A stretch of DNA of 64,000 nt, taken from contig MU057350.1 in the NCBI GenBank assembly GCA_013239625.1, positions 29,077,611 to 29,141,610 on the forward strand, given 5' to 3'. Source of the DNA: Lama guanicoe (Eukaryota). The position numbers were made by a program, and so were the translations under genes. This document shows positions 12,776 through 25,000 of this stretch, in pieces; position 1 is the stretch's first letter; every line of letters begins with the position of its first letter. Under the pieces are notes generated by a model. That model searched no databases. It saw only the letters and a list, made by a program, of their open reading frames with translations, and was not told where the DNA came from.

Positions 12776-13249
12776 TACTTCAACAAAGGCCTCCCTGAAG
12801 CCCACCTATGAGCCCAGAACACTGTTTTATTTGACTCTCTCCATTTTCCTTTTTCTTCTGTCCTTTCCCTTCCTACTGATTCCTTAGGTGACCAACAGCA
12901 GTCTGCTTATTTGTTTTCTCCCTTCCTTCCCTCTGTCTCTCCAATTCCAACTCCTTTGGGGAAGCACTGGGAAAGCTTTGTCCAGCAAACAGGAATTTAA
13001 ACTGAACTCTGCTTCTTACATTCCATAAGGCTTCCAAGAAGTCACTTGAAATCCAACTTGCCGTGTTCCTGACAATCAGTGGGGACAGAAACAGTGATAA
13101 TACTCAACAGAACAGGGTTGTAGTACGTATTAGGAATGTCTCAGAACAAGGAGCTTAGTACCTGGTGTCAGGCATTGCAATGATGAATGAGACATGACTG
13201 TCTTACCCTGGGGATTTCTTGGCCCCGCGTGGGTAGCAGCGATGAGAGA

Positions 13250-13498
13250 AGATGAGTGTACTGGGTCAGCCCTGGTGCTCTGAGGTCAGCCTGTGTGAAT
13301 TTAAATGCCGATTCTATCCCATGCTTTCATATCTGGGCAAATGACTTAGCCCCTCTAAGCCTCCATTTCTCATCTGAAAAATACGGTGATATTCATAGCC
13401 ACCTTATAGAGTTTGAGGAAGGAATAAATGAGATTAATGTAGGTGAAGTGCTTGGTTTGGAGTACTTACTCTGTAAATATTAGCTAATACTATTATTA
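13250..13498 (+). mobile_element. MIR SINE, near full length
   Basis: TGGGCAAATGACTTAGCCCCTCTAAGCCTCCATTTCTCATCTGAAAAAT core and TAAATATTAGCTAATACTATTATT tail. Confidence 0.85.
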
Positions 13499-13529
13499 GG
13501 AAAAAAAACCTATAATGTGGTAAGTGGTA

Positions 13530-13740
13530 CAGTTATTGAGTCTTCATCACGCCCAGTTCACTAGGCTGGGCATAAAATACTCAGAGATGAATAACAGTCT
13601 CTGCTCTCCTGGAATCCAGTGTCACAGAGGAGACAGGCATTAATCAAAGATCAGACAATGTACACTTGTCACTGCGATGACGGCCGAAGCAGAGATTTCT
13701 GGCACTCTGGGGCTGTGTAGAGGGGGCCTTGAGATTTGGG
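13530..13740 (-). mobile_element. L2 remnant
   Basis: TTATTGAG..CTAGGCTGGG..CAGAGATGAATAACAGTCTCTGCTCTCCTGGA. Confidence 0.55.
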
Positions 13741-15465
13741 TGGGAGGCCCCAGAATTAAAGCAGAGTTACAAAAGACATGGATTCTGGACATCTTAGGAT
13801 CCTCCCTATAATGCCAGTAATCAGGGGAAAGCTAGGGCAAAAAAAAAAAAAAAAAAAAATCTCTTTCTGAGGTTGCCGGCCAGAATCTAGAATTCATTAT
13901 CAACAAAACAAAAAGTAGAACAAAATGAGACAGCATAGACTTCAAGTACCTGGTTGATTACTTGCCAGCATTGTTTTCAGCCCAAGAAGAATTTGTTTCT
14001 TCAGGAAAAATCTCCGTCATGAGTGCAAATATTAGGAGGTGGTCTTGGTGATGCCCTGATATTAAACAGTTGCGTTACCACTGTTAACTTCCCTCCCAAG
14101 GTGTTAAAAATCAATGCTAATGATGAAACACTTTGTGCCGTAGTGATTTTAGACTATCCCTATTGAAAACAAATGCAGGGGCAAAGTGTGCTCAGTGCCA
14201 GAGTCGTGTATGCTCCTGAGAAAGATGATCTATTCCCCGCAGAGAAAGGAAAGAATTAGAAATGATAACCACTTTTTAAATACATCAGCTTGCTCATGTG
14301 TTGGTAGTAGTGTATTTTTTTTTTATCAGCTTTTCAGCCAAAGCTTCATTTGATTTGTGCAGGGAGGTGTATAATAGGGGAGGCCAGTGAGCTGATTTTT
14401 ATGAAGTCCGTTTGTAGCTTAAACAAAGATGGGGGATTTGGAGGATAAAGGCAGCCTGAAATATAGCAGATTATGCAGCTTTATTTTTCAGAGATTTGCG
14501 AATTCCCCTCCTCCTCCTCCTGCTCTCTGGCTGAGCTAGTGGTTTTGTATTTTTTCTTTCAGTTGCCATTCAAAGAGAAAATGATAAGTTTTAAACTTGA
14601 ATTTGGGGCTGAATTTCATGTAATCCAGCACCGTTACCTTGACCGATCCTCTGTAAACAAATATATGTTATCTTTCAACAGTGTTGCCTTATGATAAATA
14701 ATAAGACACATCAAGGCTGAACTTACAAGGCCTCTTATTACGAGAAACAGAATTCGCAGCACGAGAAGGGAGGGCTAGTAGGTTTGTGTTTGTTTTTAAC
14801 GTGAAAGATGATGCTTGGCTTTGAGATCTGGAATCATTTGAAATACAATAAGAAAGGAGAAGCACTTGAATTTTCTGGGAGGCAAAGACTCTGGCTTTTT
14901 CTGTGTTAATTCCAGGGCTTGTCTGTATTTTTAGGATCTGGTTAATGATGACTGGACCAGTTTTCACATATTAGCAGACCATAGATCGATATCCAAGTCC
15001 TCCCAGTAAAAAAAAAAAAAATCTCATTTGATTTTTAAATGTGGCTTTAATTTCTTGATGGGGTTTAGCACTTCCTTTGCAAGCAGTCTGCTGGGGCAAA
15101 AAGTCTTGAGGAGCCTTGAGGATGCTTACCCCCTCCTTTACTTGTCATCGATCATCACTGTCTCTCATTTAACAAATATTTGTTGTGCTCTCATCTTGCA
15201 CAAAGCCTTGGCTGTACCTGTTAAGGACACAGGGATGCATATGATCATGTGATGCGGCCCCGTCCTCAAAAGTAAACCATTCTATTGGTAACCTTCGGAG
15301 ACTGACGGCCCGGGATATTTTTACATTGCATCAGCCAAAAATTACATCAGTATGAAGGACAGACATTATATTGGTTATTGTGCTGTGTGATCATGACATT
15401 TGCATTGTAAATACATCATTGACTATTAATCATATAGTCAATGGATATATAGTCTGTGTATAGAC

Positions 15466-15487
15466 TATATATATATATATATATATA
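15466..15487. repeat. (TA)11 microsatellite
   Basis: Directly visible. Confidence 0.9.
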
Positions 15488-15569
15488 ATTGACTGTCATG
15501 AGGTATCCATTTAAACAAAAAAAATTATACTTTTTCCCTTTTTGACTTGTAGGTTTTTGAATGCTTTCC

Positions 15570-16880
15570 TTTTTTTTTTTATTGAAGCATAGTCAGTTTA
15601 CAATATTGCATCAATTTCTCATGTACAGAAACATACATACAGGAACATACATATATTCGTTTTCATATTCGTTTTCACCGTAAGTTACTATAAGATGTTG
15701 AATATAGTTCCCTGTGCTATACAGTGTAAACTTGTTGTTTATCTATTTTATATATATTAGTATGTGCAAATCTCTAATTCCCAGTTTATCCCTTCCCACC
15801 CTCTTCCCCACCAGTAACCATAAGTTTGTTTTCTATGTCTGTGAGTCTGTTTCTGTTTTGTAAATAGGTTCATTTGTCTTTTTTTTTTTTTTTGGATTCC
15901 ACATATAAGTGGTATCATATGGTATTTTTCATTCTCTTTCTGGCTTACTTCACTCAGATGGAAAATCCAGGTCCAACCATGTTGCTGCAAATGGCATCAT
16001 TTTATTCTTTTTTATGGCTGAGTAGTATTACATTGCATAAATATACCACAACTTCTTTATCCAGTCATCTGTCAATGGACATTTAGGCTGTGTCCATGTC
16101 TTGGCCATTGTAAATAGTGCTGCTATGAACATTGGAATGCTTGTATCTTTCTGAATTAAGGTTCCCTCTGGATATATGCCCAGGAATGGGATTGCTGGGT
16201 CATATGGTAAGTCTAATTTTAGTATTTTGAGGAATCTCCGTACTGTTTTCCATAATGGCTGCACCAAACTACATCCCCACCAAGAGTGTTGGAGGGTTCC
16301 CTTTTCTCCACAGCCTCTCCAGCATTTATTGTTTATGGACCTCTGAATGATGGCCATTCTGACTGGTGTGAGGTGATACCTCATTGTAATTTTGATTTGC
16401 ATTTCTCTGATAATTAGCAATATTGAATATTTTTTCATGTGCCCATTTGCCATTTGTATTTCTTCACTGGAGAATTGCTTGTTTAGGTCTTCTGCCCATT
16501 TTTTGGATTGGCTTGTTTGCTTTTTTTCTTATTAAGTTTTATGAGCTGTTTATATATCCTGGAAATCAAGCCCTTGTCAGTCTCACCTTTTACAAATATT
16601 TTCTCCCATTCTGCAGGCTGTCTTTTTGTTTGCTTATGGCTTCCTTGACTGTGCAAAAGTTTATAAATTTAATTAGGCCCCATTTGTTTATTTTTGCTTC
16701 TATTTCTATTGCTTGGGTAGTGTGCTGTAGGAGAACATTGCTGAGATTTATGTTGGATAATGTTTTGCCTATGTTTCCTTCTGAGAGATTTATAGTGTCT
16801 TGTTTTCTATTTAAGTCTTTAAACCATTTTGAGTTTATTTTTGTGTATGGTGTGAGGGAGTGTTCTAACTTCACTGATTT
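15570..16880 (-). mobile_element. 5'-truncated L1 (about 1.3 kb), the best-preserved L1 in the window
   Basis: Poly(T) tail at 15570-15580, 3' UTR and ORF2 C-terminus; degenerate TSD TAGGTTTTTGAATGCTT (15550-15566) / TAGTTTTTGAGTGGTT (16881-16896). Confidence 0.95.
16028..16874 (-). pseudogene. disrupted L1 ORF2 C-terminal fragment including the cysteine-rich CCHC knuckle
   Basis: ORF track gives KLEHSLTPYTKINSKW.KDLN and [53 protein letters not shown], which are classic L1 ORF2 peptides, split by frameshifts. Confidence 0.95.
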
Positions 16881-18769
16881 TAGTTTTTGAGTGGTTAAAC
16901 ATATTTCATGTTGATATTACACTTTGCCTAATACTGTACTGAATTGTTTAATTCTCTCTCTTTTTGTATCCTAAAAGGCAAGTTTCTGGGTGAGCTGATT
17001 TCTTTAAGCCTCTTGAGGGAAGACTCTATTTCTCACGTGTCTTCCTGCACGAAGAGTTTGCCCTGCCTCGGCTGCCAAGTTTTCCTGTGCTTTTCTATTC
17101 AGTTTTCATCGTTCATTCCTTTCCCCCCAACATTATGCCCATATTATGGTTCTTTTCCTCTCCCCAACCTCCATCCCATTTCCTTATTCTTTTAATTAAG
17201 CCCTCTCATCCTCATGTGCAAAATTAAGCAACAAACACAACTTGCAGAAATCTGGAGAGCACTGGATCCCCGGGGAAAATCTTTGCTTGCTCTCCAGCGG
17301 ACGTAGTTAAGAGGAGGACAGTCCATCAGTGGCCGATCTTATGGCCTTGGGAATATTTATAAGTAAACCTTCCTGAGTTTCCATTTACCTGTAAAACTTG
17401 GGCTGGTTAATATCCAGGGCTCCTTGTCACATTAACGTTCTATTATTACATGTCCATCTATTTTACTAAAGAGGATCTGCCTCCACTTTGAAAAGCAAAA
17501 CAAAGAAATGAAAAGTGAAGACTTACCCAAACTTGGGAAATTAGGATGTTTAATGTTAGGGTAGGAAGAGTGAGCTATTAGATTAAAATTAGCTTGAGGG
17601 AGATATAAGGAAAGAGACTCTGGGAATTAGTAGGGCAAAATAAGTATTTCATAGATGATGTGAGGTCTCTCTCTTTAAAAGCAAAATGTTATCTGTTGTG
17701 TTTGAAGAATAATTCAGGATGCAAGAAGGGTAAAGCTCAGTGAGGAGTGCCTTGGACAAAGGGGTTCTGAGCCACATTTCCACTGCTTTTCCCACACCCT
17801 GATCTTCCTAGTTCACAAAGAGTGATGTAAATTGTACCTCGACCTGCAGGCAGGCTCCATGGACAGAGATATCTGGCCTGGCTTTTCATCACCCCAATAC
17901 ACCAACTTTTTCGTTTGGAAATTGCCAAGGTGGTTTCTTTCTCTGTGCAGAAACTCCACTGTGCCTCCCCTGGGGGCATCATCTGGGTAACATTGCCCTT
18001 TTAGTTCCAGTTTCTTTTGGCTGCATTCTGCATCCTCTTAGAGTCAGGGAATTAGGAACCTGTGCCTCTGGGAGCATCTACCTGACTTACTGGTTCTGCT
18101 TCTATGTTATACCGAGAGGAAACAGCACCTTTGCCTATCATTTCAGCGTGTTTCAGTGGATGTATCAATCTATACGGTTACTTACGAAATAACCTGCCAT
18201 CGAACCACCATAATTATGCCAATTTTCTAAAGCAACCTGACCCACATTATTGTGAACATTGTTAAAAAATAATTACACACATACACCTAGAATGTACATA
18301 TACAATTTCCGTGTTCCAGATTTCTTACTGTTAGGGGCTATTTAAAGCTTTTGAAAGAGATCCAGTCTTTTCTGGAAAATGTGCAAAGATGGATTCGGGA
18401 TGGTTTTGTCATCTGCTGAAGATTTTTCTCTTTCTTTGCTTTAATTCTGACCATCATACAAAGACACCCTAAACAGCCATTGGACACACATTATTGGTAA
18501 AGACTGTCAGGTTGTAAACAGCTGCAGGCTGGTCCTCCTTCCCCTTAAAGCCTTCCTTGTAGATAAGATCTTGTGATTCCACTAAGGTGGTGTAAATAGC
18601 TTTTCACTGTCAGCACTTCACTTAATTCAAATGAACATTTCCTGCCTGTTGTGCAGTTGACCAATGATAGACTCTGGATACTAGTTTGGATTTGAACAAA
18701 CTCAAGGAACTTCATTCTGGTGCTGCAGTTTTTCTCCATCCTTCCTGCCTCCTGTTATTTTGCATTTGT

Positions 18770-18990
18770 CAAAATATAAACGTATTCGTTGAGCACCTGC
18801 CGGTACCTGGTACATTCGTAAGTACCAGTGAGTGTCATCTTCACCATAACTCCCCTAGTTTGGAATTACAGGTATTCATCAGGTGAGGTCCCAAGACTCA
18901 GAATTTAGATCACTTGTCCTGGGACACTGAGTGAGTGGTAAAACTGACTTTGAACCCAAGTTTTTTTATTCCTAAATTCAGTCTTTGCTT
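18770..18990 (-). mobile_element. MIR SINE remnant
   Basis: TTGAGCACCTGCCGGTACCTGGTAC...TCACTTGTCC..GAGTGGTAAAACTGACTTTGAACCCAAG. Confidence 0.65.
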
Positions 18991-19294
18991 AACTAAGCCA
19001 CCCACATAAATACTGATAGTATGTGACATGTTTTCATGTGGTAACTGAATGAATAGATTGAATTTAACAGATATCTAATTTAATATATATTAGAAAATGA
19101 CTAGGCTATCGCTCTTTAAGATAGAAGTGTGAAAATTTATTTTTAAAAAAAATTTTAAAAATTTTCTAAAGAATATATTTAAAGAAAATATTAAATGAAC
19201 AATAATTCATTGGTTAAGTGGGATATACGACCATATATATAAAATATATGTGTTTATAGATATCAGATATATGTATCTTTAAATACATATACCA

Positions 19295-19815
19295 ACATCA
19301 ACCAAATAAGGAAAGTAAAGGTAGTTTATTCAGAGCCTACTCCAGTGAGAGAGTCAGCCACCATCACTTTATTTTGGCAGGACTGGGAAAGCTTTTAGTG
19401 GGAACCAGGAAGGTTTCAGATGTGCCCTGATTAGAGGCTCTTGCCACGGGGAAGCAAGAGGAGGGCCGACTAGACGTGGGGCATCCCATGTAACGGGTTG
19501 GGTGCAAATTTGGCTTTTTCTGGTTGGCCTTAAGTTGGAATTGGGGACAAAACCTAAGGAATAATCAAGTAATCAGTTATTAATCGAGTTCTGGCCAATT
19601 AAACTGATTGTTACAGAAGCTGTTGTTTAGCTTTTTGGGTTGTCGCTAGAGAGAGTGATCAGGCTTCCTGCAAGTCTGGTTTCAGCAGGCTGGCTTCCTG
19701 GGCCGTTTGTTGTAGGTAAGCGTTGGGTCCCTGGGCAGGTTGGGGCAGGTTGTGGGTCAAAGTTCTATTTTTATATGTAGTCTGGCCATTGTCTTTTTGT
19801 ATATTGTTTCTCTCC
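19295..19815 (-). mobile_element. ERV1-class solo LTR (MER31/MER67-like; subfamily uncertain)
   Basis: Minus-strand AATAAA (TTTATT near 19325); TTTGGCTTTTTCTGGTTGG..AAGTTGGAA, GGCTTCCTGCAAGTCTG and GTCTGGCCATTGTC resemble remembered eutherian ERV1 LTRs. Confidence 0.7.
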
Positions 19816-20049
19816 CTCCCTCCGTCTTTCCCTCCCCTCTTCTCTGCCTACCTTCCATCCAGATAGATAGACATTTAAATATTTGATGTAGCAATTTCTT
19901 GCCATTACTAATAACTCAAGTGTATGCCAGTGAATAGGTGTCGGTAGCCTTGAATTCTCCAAGAAGCTGTTCTGCTTCTCCTGTGGACACGCAGTAGCAA
20001 AAGACAGAACCAGGCAACTTCTTATTAAAATCGAACTTTTTTAGTTCTC

Positions 20050-20240
20050 TGGCCGAGTAAACAGACCTCAGACTCAGATTCCACCAATGATGGGTGGTGT
20101 CACTATCTGCAAATCATTTTATATCTCTGGATTTCCCTTCCTATGTCTCTAAAATAAAGATCTGAATACCTCTCAGTGAACTAGGTGACAAGAACAATAT
20201 ATACAAACATTGGTCAGTACCTCCTAAGTGCTCACCCACC
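20050..20240 (+). mobile_element. MIR SINE remnant
   Basis: CAGACCTCAGACTCAGATTCCACCA..GCAAATCATTTTATATCTCTGG..CTCTAAAAT. Confidence 0.55.
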
Positions 20241-21034
20241 TCTTGGGAAAGATTCTCTATGAATTCTTTAATTATTCATTATGCAACATTTTTGAGTCTC
20301 AAAGGCCAAATTTGAGGAGGGAGTGGACTCAGATTTGTATACCGTCTCTCCCTCCCTGTAATTTGGGTTTGCTTTATGCTGGGCTGGGAGTATCTAAAAA
20401 GTCTTAACATGGCTCAAAAGGTACAGATTGTAAATGCAGTTCTGGGAGGGGCGTCTCCCGGGGGGCTGACTTGGCTTTCTTACTTTGCTGTGGCCCAGGT
20501 GAGGGAGCACCGCAGGCAGAAGAAACTTGAAATGGAACTAGAGAGAAGCTTCTGAATGTAGTGCTGGCTTCATTCACTCAACAAGCAGACAAAGTGCTCC
20601 TTCAGCCTGTCTGGCCCCATTACTGCAGGCTCAGGTGAATGAGACAGGATTCATGACTTTGAGAGGAACCCCGAGAGGCAAGCCTTCAACACACAACTAC
20701 CCAGCTGCCAGCACGAAGGGAATTTCCCCTCCACCCGTGTGCCCACAATTTCCCCTGCATCCAATGAACCCCTATTGCTCAGACCACTTCTTAGTGTTGG
20801 AGCATAGGTACCTGAATGTCATGGCAAAAAAAAAAAAGAAAAAAAGAACTTCACATCCTATTGGTAGTTTTCTTCACATTTAAAGAACATTCATGTTGAG
20901 AACAAGCCATAGGCCAGAAAACTGACCAGAGATGGACTTTGGATTATCAACCTAAAGTTGCACATAAATTTATCACTATTATAACAAGCCCCTTAAAAAA
21001 GATTTTTAACATTTGTATGATGAGAAGTATTGTA

Positions 21035-21440
21035 TCCATCCATTTATTTATCTACAGTCTTTGCCCTCAATGCGCGAGGCACCATTGTAGGCACTGAGGA
21101 TACATGACAGGTTCTAATTTTGTGGCTCTTTCATCTGAGTGGAGGAAAAACAGGCTATCTCAGAATATGTTGCGCCCCTTTCAGGTCAGAGAAAATGCCA
21201 TGGACAGGAAGAGGTAGCCAGTGGGGAGGGTGCTGGGAGTGACGGCATTGCTCCCGGCTGGAGGTGGTCCATGAAGGACTCTCACTGACATCTTAGCAGA
21301 GATAGACAGTGAGTCATGAGGACCTGAGTAAAGGCTCTTTCAAGCAAGAGAACAGGAAATTCAAGGTCCTGAGGTTAGGGCCAAAAGAAGTCAGTTTGAT
21401 GGTGTAGGAGGAGGTGACTTCATGGGTGGTGGGGAAAGGG
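21035..21440 (-). mobile_element. L2 remnant
   Basis: ATCCATCCATTTATTTA..AGGCACCATTGTAGGCACTGAGGATACA..CAAGCAAGAGAACAG..CAAGGTCCTGAGG. Confidence 0.65.
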
Positions 21441-21529
21441 GGCCAGGTTCTTATAATGCCTTATTCTCAAATTTTGTCACCATCAGGAAGTGTCAACACT
21501 TGTACAGCTTATATGCTATTAAATAAGTA

Positions 21530-21870
21530 CTTATGGATAAATACAGTATTTATTGAGCACCTATTATGTTACAGCTTCTTAGGTCACACAAAAATGAACA
21601 AGTCATGGTCTAGACCTAGAAGAGTTAGCCACCAAGTAGGTAAAGAAGGCAAGGGAATGACAGTACCACATGTTTTGAGGAGGGCCAAAGCCAGGACTGA
21701 AAACACTGCCCATCTCACGCAGGAGACACAGGCTCACATGCATATATACAGACACAGGGCATATATGCATATGTATATACATATACATTCATATATATTA
21801 TACGGGGTATAGAGGGGGCAACATTTGATCTGGGTCTCGAAGGATAAATACTTCTTGAAATGGGCATCCC
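21530..21870 (-). mobile_element. L2 remnant interrupted by an RY-rich low-complexity tract
   Basis: TATTTATTGAGCACCTATTATG..AAATGAACAAG..TTTGATCTGGGTCTCGAAGGATAAATA. Confidence 0.6.
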
Positions 21871-21914
21871 TTCTGAGGCTTTAAAATTGTTTTTTTAACA
21901 GATATTTTGCAATA

Positions 21915-22345
21915 TTGCAGAATCGCAGAATAAGCACTAAAGGATGCTGAGAGAACGTATCATTCAACCCTCACACTTCCTAGCAGAGTCAGTATAGCGT
22001 GATGACTGAGAGCATGAGTTGGAATCTTATTTGCCTCCACTCTAGACCCTGCTTTGCACATTGCTTTCAACGCCTTACTTTTGTCATCTGTAAAATGGAG
22101 TTGCTAATTATACCTAGTTTATAAGGTTGTTGAGAGGATCCTGTGAGATAAATTGCAAAAGTGCTTGAAAAGAAGTAGCCAAGACATAGTAAGAGAGCTT
22201 TCAACGAGTAGTAGCTGTTGCTAGCATACGGAAACTGAGAAACAGAGATGTTAAGTAATTTGCCTACCGCCTCATAGGTAATTGTTGACAGACTCGGATT
22301 AGAGCCCGTCTTGTACTTTTCTAGTCCAGAGGTCTCTCCCAGACG
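21915..22345 (-). mobile_element. MIR3-like SINE split by an inserted MIR
   Basis: Left half AGAATCGCAGAAT..TCATTCAACCCTC (21915-21985) continues at 22227 with GGAAACTGAG..CAGAGATGTTAAGTAATTTGCC. Confidence 0.65.
21986..22220 (+). mobile_element. MIR SINE nested in opposite orientation
   Basis: CAGTATAGCGTGATGACTGAGAGCATG head, CATCTGTAAAATGG core, AGGTTGTTGAGAGGAT..; CTAGCA on both sides. Confidence 0.8.
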
Positions 22346-23369
22346 TGTCATTTTGTTCTGTCTTGAATTAGTTTTGTTGTTTTAATTTTTTATTTAAACA
22401 AAATAGAAATGAAGTTAAGCTTTTTCTTACTCTGCTGAGCCCTGGTTCATGACTTAAGAAATTCATACTTTATCTCCAGTTCCCTAAAATTCTTTGAAGC
22501 TACCTCCAAAGGGCACTGTCCCTTCCCTCTCTAGCCTTTTGGCTTATACCATCTAGAAACTGTCCTGCAGCCCAACCCTATCAAGAGAGCAAATGCAGAG
22601 CTTCAGGGATGAGATACGGCAAGGAGCCTCCCCGTGTCGGGAGGTGTGGTGCGAGCTGTCTTTATGACGCAAAGCACTCTTGTCTATGAAAAGGTAATGA
22701 GCTTCACAATTTAGGTTTGCTAACCCATATACTATGGCAGCTTTTGTGTGCAATAATTTTGCCCTTTTCTGCCTCAGATTTTCATTTAGATGGTCTGAAC
22801 TTCAGCAAGTCCAGAGGAAAATTAAAAATATATATTGATGCTAATTCCTATTAATAGTTTAATCGATTCTAATTAATTTAATATAGGGATTTTTTTTTTA
22901 AATAGGAGAACCAGAATTCTGTCAAGGAAGTGGATATTTTTTTCAGCAAAAGTCACCTCTTAATCATGGAGCAAGCAGAGCACAAGATTTAACGGCCACA
23001 TGTGAACATTTTTGGCCCTTACCTGCTGTTTTGGATGATCTGTCCATTTGCTCCAGCTATCATTGTGGGTAATTGAGAACTGACTCCGATTTAACTTGCA
23101 TTTTTTATGAGCCTGTTTATGGATCTTTGTAGTCACCCTTGAGGAAGGAGGCCACAAAAGAAAAGGCTCATTGATTTACTTCTAATTTTGCAAGAAGTCC
23201 AAGCCTGCATGTACTCAGTCATTTGAGGACAGTTTTATCAGCAGTTTAAAAATGATATTATGCAGACTAAGTATGTAAATGGCCAGAAGACTAAGTTTTG
23301 GAATAAGGGAGCTTAGAGTTTGTCATCTTTAACTACCATTCACTGCCTAAGTACCCCCTGCCCCTAACT

Positions 23370-23550
23370 TCCCTGCAAAATGCCTTGAATTTGGGCTGCC
23401 AGGCCCTGACAGAGGGAGTGCTTCCCATCCCTTGAATCAGCCCGGGTGACCTTTAGGTTGCTTTTATGCTTAAGAAATTCTTCCCTGTATTGAGAAGAAT
23501 CCTGCCTCTTTATAATTTATGCCCATTGGATAAGGTTATGAATTCAAAGA
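23370..23550 (-). mobile_element. L3/CR1 remnant
   Basis: TTAAGAAATTCTTCCCTGTATTGAG..CTGCCTCTTTATAATTT..CCCATTGG matches the reverse complement of L3. Confidence 0.5.
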
Positions 23551-23889
23551 TGTTGTTCCTTTGCTGGAATGTGGTAATTCCTTAGTAAATGCTTGTTATT
23601 ATTAGCATGACTATTTTTGTCTTGCAGCTAGTACATGAAAGGCAGTGTTACGTAAACTAAAGAACATTTGTATTGTTTATTCCTGGTGGTTAAAGCTGCT
23701 TGACTAAGTCAATGGGGATCCGATAAAGGCAAGACCTATTTAACCTCAATGAGTTGAGTTTTGATGGTTACCATGATGCTAGCCATTCAGAGCTGAACTC
23801 TGTGTCTGGACACAGAGAGTTTATTTATTATATTTATATATATATATGTATATATATTTAAAGTATACTTTTTTTGCATCAATCTATTT

Positions 23890-24228
23890 CCTTTTTCAAA
23901 CCACTTCATTGAAGAACAATTGACATACAAAAAGCTGTACACAATTGCTGTATATGACTTGATGAGTTTGGAGAAAAGGATACATCCATGAAACCATCAC
24001 CGCAATCTAGGCCATAAATATACCTGCTCTCTCCAAAAGTTTTCTCCCGCCCTCTTTATTTTTTATTATTGTTATTCATTTCAGGGGCTAAGACCACTTA
24101 ACATATGATCTACCTTCCTAGCAAACTTGTAAGTGTACCGTTCGTTACCAGTAACTGCAGGCCTTGTGCAGTACAGTAGATCTCTAGGACTTTCTTATGT
24201 TGAATGGCTGAAACCTAGTACCCCCTGA
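23890..24228 (-). mobile_element. L1 3' UTR fragment (L1MA10/L1MB-like)
   Basis: TTCATTGAAG..ATTGACATACAAAAAGCTGTAC; CCATGAAACCATCACC; CACTTAACATATGATCTACC; GTACAGTAGATCTCTAG. Confidence 0.8.
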
Positions 24229-24890
24229 GAAGGAGGGTTATTTTTAAGTGATTTTTTTATGCTGCAAAAAAACAAAGGGCGAAAGGGATACTCATCCTCT
24301 GCAGAACTAACATACTGGAAATAAAATTATTTTGACTCACTTTATTGATCTTAAGAATATACTCTGTCAAGCTGAGGACCTCCCCATGGCTCTCTGTAGG
24401 CATTTTCGCTGTCACTGTTGAAAGCAATGTGCCAAAGCAGGATCTAGAGTGGAGGCAAATAAGATTCCAACTCACACGCTCACTGTTTCGCTTTCTCTGA
24501 AGGAGTAATCCCCAGCTTACAAAGTGATCATGTAAGAATTGGCTAAAACAATTGAATCATGTGTACGTCAAGAAGAAAAAAAAAAAGAAAAACCAAGCAG
24601 TTCCTAAAGGGTATTTAACAGCAGGTTGGCCGCTCTGTGTAAAATCGGTTTTTTTTCTCTTACATTTTACTCATAACCTTTCGTCTTACAGGTTGTTCCG
24701 TCTTACATACCTACTTATTTTGAATTTCAATTTGCACAGTTTTCTTCACTATGTAAACATCAGGTTCTGGAAGTGTGCCCAGCAGGGTACAGCAGTTTAA
24801 TCCCTGTAAAGTGTCACTCGGGTCAACAGCACAAATGGTCTATGGATATTCTTTTAAAAGTGGTACATATATATTTGTTGTCTGTTACTG

Positions 24891-25000
24891 CAGTATTTCC
24901 AGGAGAATGTTGTAGGGAACACTGATTCCACAGGGTGCCAGTAAATAGATGCTACGCAAAAAAAATTCTGTCCATGATCAAGTAAGTTTGGGAAAGACTG
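24891..25000. mobile_element. hAT-Charlie-type MITE remnant
   Basis: Terminal inverted repeats CAGTATTTCC ... GGAAAGACTG; no clean TSD. Confidence 0.45.

Noticed and set aside
13839-13859. A21 tract as the tail of a retrocopy
   Set aside because: No upstream SINE body, spliced-mRNA-like sequence or TSD is visible.
16423-16890. 155-aa plus-strand ORF
   Set aside because: It is the antisense reading of L1 ORF2, a common artefact.
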